This document shows positions 37,031 to 47,024 of a stretch of 64,000 nucleotides of DNA, piece by piece. The first letter of the stretch is position 1; the number at the start of each line of letters is the position of its first letter. Under the pieces are notes generated by a model. It searched no databases. It saw only the letters and a program-made list of their open reading frames with translations, and had not been told where the DNA came from. This DNA is from Azolla caroliniana. Taxonomy: Eukaryota > Plantae > Polypodiophyta. The stretch spans positions 868,001 through 932,000 of the forward strand of contig JBHGNT010000018.1 of NCBI GenBank assembly GCA_043228905.1. The letters run 5' to 3'. Made by a program: the position numbers and the translations under genes.

Positions 37031-39698
37031 ATGCCATTTCTGTGCTTCGCTCCAAGGCTCTCCTCCTTCCTCTGCAATCCTTCCCTCGCCATCGCCAAGA
37101 CCTTCTTCTTCGTACCCTCTCCCTCCTCACTTCCTCGTTTCTTTGCGACCATGCCCACACCCCAGGTCTGTGCGCTCTTTCTTCCCCTCCTCCTTCCTGT
37201 CTTTCTTGTACCATTTCATCCTACTTTGCGCATTTCTGTTCTTGTATTTCCTGATTTCACTCTCCTCGAACATCCATTCACTGTTTTCCTGCTTCTCTCT
37301 CTCTCTCTCTCTCTCTGCTACATTCATTTACACTTCTGTTTCTGTATTTCTTGTTTACGTTCATTCACATTTAGCTTGTTCGTGTTTCCTTTGTCAACCT
37401 CAGCAACATCCCTTAGTAACCAAGTCACGTGTTTTTGAGTTTCCATTGCCTGCAAATGGACTTTGGTTAAATATCTTTCTTTATACTTTGGTTATTTAAA
37501 TTATCCAAGGTTTTGCATCCTTCTGTTCCAAGAAAAGTGGTTTTCTCTTTTACCATTGCAAATCTCCATTTGCTGTTCCAATTCTCCGGCCAGGATCATC
37601 ATTGACACTTCTTCACTTGTGTTACATTTCCTGTTTATATCTCTGTTAACGTCATAAGAAATACGTTTTCGAGCATGGAGTTCTCCATCTACGATCTGAA
37701 CGCAGCATATCTTTTTGTTACGTGTTGTCCATTTATCTTTCGAGCATGGAGTTCTCCATCTACGATCTGAACGCAGCATATCTTTTTGTTACATGTTGTC
37801 CATTTATCGTTTGCATTATTCTCAATACTCATAACAAGAAAAACCGAGTTTTGGGTACGGATTCATAGGCTTGTTATTGTCATCTTAAGCTCTGTTTTTA
37901 ATGATATCACATTCACATCGTTTAGTATGTCAACTAAATTTTGCATTCAAATTAAGTATGTGTGATATGTATGATTGAGAAACAAGGAATCGTAGATAGA
38001 GATTTAGGCAAGAAGAAAAGATTATATTGAGACATGGGCCAACACAAACAAATAAGAGGAAATGGAGGATGCTTTATATAGAGTCACCTTCTATATACAA
38101 TGTCCAACATTAGAGACTGCCATCACACACACTGTGTGTCATGCTTGTTTTGCAATTGAACCCCTCAACTAAGGCTTGGATGTTGAACCAGCACTTGCTC
38201 CTTCCATCTTCCGGTCATCAGATCCTTGTTGAGCTCCTTCATTCTCAACAGCATTATCTACCACTAAAGAATGCCTTTCTGTCATGTTAAAGAATTTTGT
38301 AGTACAATGCTCAAAGTTTTCATGTCTATTTGCACAGTTCATTAAGTGTATGCAGCTTCGCAGTAATTTTTTAGTGTTTTCTTTGTGCTTACGATTCAGG
38401 GAGGGCAAGCTTATCACAGCTTTGGTCCATACAAGATTGGTAGTGAAGAGGTTTTTCTCACAACCAAACACAGTTTTGCTTTCTTGAGTGCAAGACCTGT
38501 AGTTCCTGGTCAGTACTCTTGTTAATTTATATCTCCTTTGTATGCCTTAATACTTGAATTTCTCTTATTAGAAAATTGCAAGCAAGGTAAGGGAAGTCTA
38601 TGATATTTTCAACTTATGGATGGTGTTGTTTGTGTTCGCAGGTCATATCCTTCCTATAGATTGTAATTGTATAAAGCTTTGCAATTCTAATAGATTTAAA
38701 GAGGATATTACTCCACTCTTCAGAATGAAAGGGAGTTCTCTCACTGTGCTTTGGTTTGCATAAGTACAAAATATGGCTTTGATGGAAAATGGTTATCAAA
38801 TATTTTAAAACAAGTTTTTCTCTGCTCATCCTTTATGGTTATCCGATAACATCTTAAAGAAAACATCAGGACAAACAAGATCATGAGACTGTGGGATAGG
38901 AATCATTGTATATCCTTAATTTAATATCACATGTAATTATTGCTTCCAAGCGGGTTGTTCCAAGGTTCATGGACTTGAATGAGGAGGAAGCCACTGATCT
39001 TGTGCTACTGACAAAGCGAATTGGTGCTAAGATTGAACCTCATTATGATGCAACTTCTCTAACGTTCTCCATCCAAGTAAGTTAGAACTGGTGTTTCTTT
39101 TATTTATTTATAGAATGGGATAATGCACCCATTTTATCAGCTTAATTGCAACCCACAATCATGAAACAATGCAATTGGAAAATCATGGAGTTTTGTGATA
39201 ATAGGAATTTGCTACACGTTATAGGGATTTGTAAAGTCGTTTTATATCATTGCAGCATCAAAACATATGGTGTACATCACGACTAGACTAGGGATATGGG
39301 AATAATAAATGATATTTTGCTGAGATTAAGCAATATGGTGCAGCGCTTTCTAAATTCTTTAAAAGCTCCTGAATAATGTTTCTGATTGCAGGACGGTTTT
39401 AATGCGGGGCAATCAGTTCCACATGTCCATGTGCACCTTTTTCCAAGAAAAGTTGGTGACTTTAAGGTTCTGGACCAGGTTTATGATGAGGTACAAAAAA
39501 TTGGTTGGTTTGCTCTTATTGAAGGAATTAAATTGTCATATTTTTTCTAGTTAAAATTTAATTATTTGTGTTTGACAAAGGTTTTATTTGCAGCTGGACA
39601 GGAAGGAAGTTGAATTGAAGCAAAAGCTAGAGGTAGATGATGCTGGGAAATCAGACGAAATCATTAGTGATGTGCTGAAGCTTAGAGAAATTTTCTGA
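37031..39698 (+). CDS. FHIT: FHIT-type bis(5'-adenosyl)-triphosphatase (HIT family), 6 exons including a 3-nt micro-exon
   Basis: Exons 37031-37165, 38400-38508, 38642-38644, 38931-39076, 39392-39490 and 39594-39698. Translation: ..[89 protein letters not shown], with the histidine triad HVHVH. Confidence 0.9.
37667..37808. repeat. 71-bp tandem duplication in FHIT intron 1
   Basis: TTTCGAGCATGGAGTTCTCCATCTACGATCTGAACGCAGCATATCTTTTTGTTAC.TGTTGTCCATTTATC occurs twice. Confidence 0.93.
38645..38930 (+). other. U12-type (minor spliceosome) AT-AC intron
   Basis: 5' end ATATCCTT (U12 consensus), branch site TCCTTAAT at 38913-38920 and 3' end CAC at 38928-38930. Its removal is required for the in-frame PGHV motif. 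Confidence 0.88.
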
Positions 39699-41705
39699 AT
39701 CATGAAAACATTAGATTGAAGCAAGCAAATTAATATTACTATACTATTTTCTATTTTGTGGCTTGGATGTACAAAGCCTCGATATAAATACCTCATGGTA
39801 GTTTTTGGCCCTAAACACATCGACCCAGAATTGTGTATGAACATGTATTCAAACTTTGATTTAAAAAACTACCAACATTTTTTACCATGATTTTCTTTGT
39901 TTTGTTTGAAATGTTTATTTTTTTGAAGAGCCTATCTGCTCTCTGTTAATAATGGATGTGGTCATGATATATATAGCTGAGAAGTTTGTGATTCATGGCA
40001 CGGGGAAAAGATTATAGTCACTTTGCTAAGTATCATTGAATTGTACAGTTTATATTATGTCTCATATGAATTGTCTTTTGTACAGTTTTTTAAGCAGCTT
40101 AGTAGTCATTATCTTTATTTTACAGCTTATCTACACAAGGGCAATAGTTGTGAACATGGCACTCAATTGAAGACAACCCCCTACCATGGTTTCGTTGCTC
40201 ACAAAGTTTGCTTTAGTGTATGTGCTATATGGCTACCTTATATCTTTCCATAAACATTTCTGGAGAATAATGAACGTGTACTCAGGTAAGCTGATGACAT
40301 TCTGCTGGCATTGGAAACATATATCACCAACATTGAAGTCTTGATGAGGTATCATTGGCATTTCAAAGCTCCTCTTTCAATCTGAACTTAGTATCAAGTT
40401 TTTCACAGGACCGGTGGTATAACAATCATTGATTGTGTACATAAATTAATCCTTGTAGGTGGACAATGAGCAATCTTGTATTTTGGAATACTTATATGCC
40501 TTGGCTAGTTTCTAATGTCCTTGTTTTTGAATTTCTGTTTTTTCATTGGACAAAACTTGGTTAGCTAATACTGAAATGTAATAGACTATACCTGCAACAT
40601 TTAAAAAATTTGCACAATAGACCCAATTAGGGGTGTCGTGTTATAGTAAGATACAGACAGCATAAGAATGGCTTCAGGTATTTGAAGTCCTTAACAAAGA
40701 CCTTGACTACATCACAAGTAGGTTAGACAGACAAGGTATGCAAAAGCAGTTTGACATATTCTCTTTGGTGTTCTAAGCAATGGTTTGACATCTAATTTGG
40801 AATTGTTATCTGGATTTCCAGAGAAGCATTAGCATAAACTAATTGCTCTTGATTATGGTTCAAGGAAAATGCTCATACTTGATATATAAACTTGAAACAA
40901 ATAAAATTCCATAATAATTATAAAAAACTTTTGTTCTTACTAGTCAAGAAGAAACATATCAGACTGTGGCAGACCATGCTTTGAAATTTGCATACACAGT
41001 TCAATTTTATGGTGCTTCAAAAATTGAACAATAAATTTGTGAATAAATATAGAGATCCCAGTTGAGTTTTTTCATGTAGGATAATTACACCAACATTATA
41101 AACAAGAGATAGTTTGATTATAAACAAGAGATAGTTTGTTTGAATTTTGGGAAAGTTTAGTTACTTCCTTTCCTGCACACCATGAAAACCAGTATTTAAA
41201 TACTAGGTGGACTGTCAATTTCTTGTTTCGATTCCAGGGGCCTTTTTTTCCAAAACAATCACATGCAACAAATCACCTGTTAAATACTTAATAAAACACG
41301 ATCTCCCATCCTATCTAGTAAGTAAAAAGTTTTGATGTCCAAAAAACACTTCGGCAACATCCTCCCAAGATTGATCTCACATGAACAGCATATATGGATA
41401 TGATTTCTCGAGTTTTTCTGATATATTGATATTCTTTTAGAGCTGAGGCCTTAGAACAACAAACTTTCAAAATGTACTAAAAAACCGGCTTCTAAAACAC
41501 CTGTTTCCAGCTTCAAAAAGACTCTATCATGGATTGTTTAACAGCCTTTGAAAGCATATGCTCAACCCAGCAATGTGCATGGTGATACCAATTCCTTCCT
41601 TCACATGAAAAACCAGCTTGTCTTCAGGTTCAAATAGCTGAAGCAACATCAGAAAAATCTACTGGATGTAACGGCGAATTTAGTTCTAATTACATGAACA
41701 TCACA

Positions 41706-43994
41706 TCAATTTCTGGCATAAGGATGGTATCGTCCACTAGTACGGCCACCATATCCACCACCAAAAGAACTTGAAGGATCATATCCATATCCGCTTCCTC
41801 TTATACTGCCTCCAAATCCGCCTGCCGAGCCATAAGTTTCTCCACTATAGCCACTATCATAGTTCCCATATCCGCCACCACCTCTTCCATATGAATCAGC
41901 ATCACCATATTGGTTAAGTATATTGCCACCATATCCACCATATCCCCTACTACTTCCATACCCTCCCAAGCTACTACTAGCCCCATACCCACTAACACTA
42001 CTATTACTTCCATAGGCACCGACATACCCTCCTCCACCTCTACCACCATAGGGTTCATCAAAATATCCTTCTCTCGTCCCATATGAGGCCCCCCTATATC
42101 CGGACCTTGGGTAATCTTCATCGACGGTCCCATACCCACCATGTCGATATCCATTATTACTATTACCTCCCCTTCGTCCAGGGGGAGACCTGTATCGGGG
42201 TCCCGAATCGGAAGAAGCTTTCTTGGGCTCAGCTTTTTTTATCTCTATCTGCATCCATACAAATCTCAGCCTTTTTAATCTCTATTCTCTTACACACAAA
42301 TCCACATTCAATACTTGTGAAAAGGTCTGGACATGCATAAAAATAGATAAGCGTCCAGAGATTGATGGCACCTGTTTTCCTCCAAGTTCTAATGTTCTGT
42401 CCTGGGATATAAGATCATCAACTGCTTGTTCGTCATCAAACGTTATGAACCCGAATCCCCGTGACAGTCCAGTGCTGTGTTCTAACATAATTTGATTATC
42501 TACTACAACTCCAAATTGAGAAAAATACCTCTTGAACTCATCTGACAATTAAATGCAATCAATGATCAGTGAGAACATGTGTCTTACATATAGAATTCCA
42601 CAAGATCATGCACAATTTGTTACAAAGCTTTACTTTGCGAAGAATGTGCTGTAAAAACCATTAACAAAAATACGACTAAATGTGCAATATTGTACCCAAT
42701 AATATGCACAACAAAACTATGCATAATCATTGTATAATTTGAATTTAAAAATGGAAGTATTTTCTCAAAAGGCCGGTAGCTGTGCATAAGAAAGACGAAT
42801 CACGTGTGTTTGAGATACATTTCATACATAATAAATCCTGGAGTCCTGTATAAAATATGGATAGGTAATAGATTTGATAAGTATACCTTCGGTCACAGAT
42901 GGAAGAAGGCCACCCACGAATATTTTTTTGGTCCTCGGACCCTTTACCATACTCTCACGAGGAACTGATCTCTTAATCTCAACCTATATAATCCGCATAA
43001 GACCGTAAATGGAAGAAGATTGGCACCCCTAATAAAGCTTGAGAAGAACATATACTTACTGTTCGTCCATCAATGAGGTGAGTATCTTTGATGACCTTAT
43101 CAATGACAGATGGATCAGCGTATGTGACAAATCCAAAGCCCCGGGGTTGCCTGGTGGAGCGATCTCGCATGACAACTGAGTCAATTATTTCACCATATCT
43201 TTTGAAGTGCCTTGTCAATTTCTCTGTACAGAATATTGAAATGCACTCAACATAACATATTTTCATTGTTTTAAAATACTCCTACTTCAAAGCAGTAATT
43301 AGATAATCCTATGACCCTGGATTTGAAACAATGCTCACATGACTCTAGCTTCGACCAATGGTGTAAAAAAACCTAGCTTCAAAATAAAACTCACATAATT
43401 CTGGCTTCCAAATAATGGAAACATAAACCTAGCTTCCAAACAATCGTCTTATGACCTACTTCAAACAATAGTAGCTTAAACAATCAGTAACCATAACTTT
43501 GAATTCCCAGATCATCAAATGGAATACGAAAATATTGCTAACTGGGTTCTAGACTCACATGACTCTAGATTCCAACAATCATAGAATACTGTTTCTCACC
43601 TGTGGTAGTCTCCCATGAGATTCCTCCAACGAAAATTTTCCTTAACAAGCAAACCAAAGGTACAAATTTTAGCGTTGACCCAAGGCTTTAAAAGATGCAC
43701 ATAATAGAGAGCAAAAACAGAATTTCAGAGGTATTCTCTTTGTGCCAACATTAGCAATTTTCAAATCTTGTGTGCTTTTATAGCAAAGCAACTTCTAGAC
43801 CTTCTTAATTTGAAACTGAACGAGTTTCAAAAAGAAGATTCATTTTCTGAACCAAATCTCTTTCAAAGTAACTCAATTATTTTTTAAAAACATTGTCTAA
43901 CTAACCCTGCGTTTGTCGACTTCCCACCAAACGAATCATTACCATAACTATCACCTCCTCTCGATCCTCTCCTGTATTCACCTCCATTGTTCAT
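41706..43994 (-). CDS. hnRNP A/B / Musashi-like RNA-binding protein (2 RRM + Gly/Tyr-rich tail), 6 coding exons
   Basis: Exons 43994-43906, 43640-43600, 43223-43060, 42983-42887, 42541-42372 and 42248-41706. RNP2 motifs KIFVGGI and KIFVGGL, RNP1 motifs RGFGFVTY and RGFGFITF, and a C-terminal PY-NLS-like GRYHPYARN. Confidence 0.93.
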
Positions 43995-44535
43995 CTTGAA
44001 AAATGACAACTCTGTGAAACTCTGGGAAAGAAAAGAATTCCCTAAAACTTCCTTCTGTTTGCTTTCCTGATGAGTCTAGAAAAATATACACCTGATTCCT
44101 GAATGAAGAACCTGGAAAAAGATGGATTTCCTTTCTGAATGAGAGCCCTAGAAAATAGTAAAACTTTTTTTTCTGAAAACCCGAGAAAATGCTACACTTG
44201 CTTTTCTGAAAACCAAGAAAATACTAAACATGCTTTCTAAAATCACTTTAAAAACCTGCACCTCCTCTTCCGAAGACCTTAGAAAATCCTGACCCTACTT
44301 TTCCGAATAAAAACCGTAGAAAAGCTGAACTTGAATTATATCAGAACCTTGGAGAAACGTGGAGCTTTTCTCTTAATTCCGTCTCTTTGCAAGCTTTAAA
44401 AAACGCGACTCGGCTTTTCTGAAAACTCTAAAAAAGCTGAACCTACGTTACTGAATGAAAACCACCCAACACAATAGAGGACACTGCGTTTGCGAAGGCC
44501 CTATAAAACATAATATTTTCCTCGATTACAATTTG

Positions 44536-44760
44536 GAAACCCTAGAAAAGCTGGATTTTCGTTTTTCATTGGAGAACCCTGATCTTTGCTTTTCTTTCTG
44601 ACAGATTGATTGTATGGAGAAGGCGACGAATGCGGGAGAATGAATCAATTTAACGTCTTTTACACAGCGAAGGAGATGGATGGATATCTGAACAGAACAG
44701 AACGGAGCAGAGCAGAGTTAGGGTTTCGACAGAACAGAGAAGGGGCAGAGTTAGGGTTTC
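44536..44760. promoter_or_regulatory. telo-box (AAACCCTA) cluster at the 5' end of the RNA-binding protein gene
   Basis: AAACCCTA at ~44537 and TAGGGTTT at ~44719 and ~44752. Telo-boxes are common near plant RNA-processing and translation genes. Confidence 0.45.
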
Positions 44761-47024
44761 CATCCGGAAAGGAAGGAAGGGCATTGAAAGAATATTTAAA
44801 TTTTACATATATAGATGTAGACATAATGTTAGGGTTATTTACAAATATATGCCTAGAATTAGTGTTGCATCATCTCTAGGCACTCTAGATTTAATTGGTC
44901 TTTCATGAAACAATAAGTAAAGTAGCTAACTAGATATGTCCCGCCCGATCTTGTCAAATTCAATGGATCATCAAATTATATGCTTGAGTTTATCCAACGC
45001 AAAGAGAGAAAGGGAGAGTAAATCTAATGGCGAGGTCTATTGGAGGCTAAAGTCGGTCGATGAGACAAAATCATGGTTACGAGCAATATGGTGGGGAAAT
45101 GAAAACAATAGCTCTAGGTTTTGATCTCGATGCATTTAGTGGACCGATTCTGGAGATGGATATGCAACATGAAGTGCATATAATTGTTATGCGTGTGCGG
45201 ATATGCTATTTGAGGTTGGTTACTGTGTCTTGCGTGAGGTTATGTTGAAGCTCGTTGGCTTGCTTTTTAGGTATCCTCGAGCATATTTACTCATGAGGTC
45301 CTTGTTATGGTCCATGTGTCAACATAGAGAAAATAGACAACGTGTAAATATGCATGAATTTCCTCTTATTCGATATGAAGGAATCCCTATATTAACCTCT
45401 CTGCATACAAGTTTAAGAAATCAATATTCAGTTGTGCAAATATATATATAAGTTTTGAAGCTTTTTTCCACCATTAAGGGTCTATGTGCATGTAGACCAT
45501 TGTTCATGGTGTTAGATGTAAGCATCTCCCGTCACGTCTACAAATGTCCATGTTCTTGTATATCATAACATTGGTTCAGCTCCATCGAACCCCCCACTCT
45601 ACCTTGATCAAATTATAAGCACAAAGATCATGCCCATTGCATGGATCAGAACAAAACATTCATTCTTTTCCAATTGGATACAATTTTCTTGACCTGTTTG
45701 GATATTCTTGTAGTGAACTCTTGAGGTTATTGAAGGTCAGTGCCATGATTAAAGTGAGAGCAAGAAAAGTTGTGTCTATACAATGAGACTTTATCATCAT
45801 TCTTGATTGGTGACATTACCCCATCTTTGACATCCTAGCACCAATTTGATATCCTACTTATTCAACCTTCCCACCATGAACAAAGTACAAGCACAAAGAT
45901 CGTGTTCATGGTTTCAGGTGTGACCTATATATCCGTTGCCCCATTTGGATTGGGCACACAACATGGGAATAATAAGTTGAGTGGATAATCAAATCCCCAT
46001 CTTTTTATTCACTGAGGTTGCCATGTTTTCGAAAATGACCAAACTATGAATTGATGTTGAGTACTTGGATACAAGGGCACGTCAAAGAGCTTTTATGGCA
46101 ATGTTTCTTGCAAATAAAAACACTAGGAAAGTATTAACAATTTCACCCAAATAATTTTTTGTATACTTTCATGAAGTTTTTGAATTGAACACCCCTTTGT
46201 GATCATTAGTCATTTGGATGCCTGACAATGAATTTTCGAATGAAGTGAGAATCTACATTATATTCACGTAATATTTAGAAACTTTAGAAATTATGAATAC
46301 ATGGATAACGAAACCCTCATATATATATTCTTATGCATGTAGGAGGACGATGCGATGATGACAAATCATACGATTAGATACAAATTAGATGGCAACTACA
46401 AGGATGTCATCTTTGATCTCTGTAGGGGCAAATAAAACAAACAAATCATGAGGCCGATACAATTAAGGCTAATTAGTGCATTTCAATCTTCATATCGATG
46501 CACATACCTATGACTATGCAGATTCAATTGATGTAGCTCAGTGCTCTAAAGCTGGAGGTAACATAACACTAATGCACACACACATAGATCCGTAGACACA
46601 TAAGACACACGCATCAACACCAGGCATGGTTCCAAGATGAGGCACCATTATATTAAAATGAGTCTAACTAAGTCCTTCCCAAGTTGGCTTTACAATAATA
46701 ATACCCTTCAAGGGCATCTGACTCGAGCGGCTCCACTTGGGCGATTGATTACAAGAGATTCAAACTTCATGGTTCTCAAAGGGCGAAAAAAAAGAACAAC
46801 ATGTACATACTTATGGAAGTAGCGACCGAGTTCACACGTGAATTCGAGAGCCTCGGATCAGAGGAGTGTGTTTCAAACCAAACCCTAAACCCCGGCGGCC
46901 GGGGTCATTCACACATGAACAATTAGTGACCATCAGAAGTCTGAAGAACTTCAAAATCAATTAGTGACCTTCCACCTCAAAGTGCTGGGGATGAAGATGC
47001 ACTCACTATGTATATAGGCAATGA

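Noticed and set aside
36874-37499. Several long overlapping ORFs in the ORF track
   Set aside because: They are read-throughs of FHIT exon 1 into a pyrimidine-rich intron, or antisense frames. The same applies to most short ORFs listed.
38572-38586. Possible extra 15-nt cassette exon (TAG|AAAATTGCAAGCAAG|GTAAGG) inside the FHIT U2 intron
   Set aside because: It would leave 63- and 55-nt introns and insert 5 aa into the conserved PGH motif. It is unsupported without RNA data.
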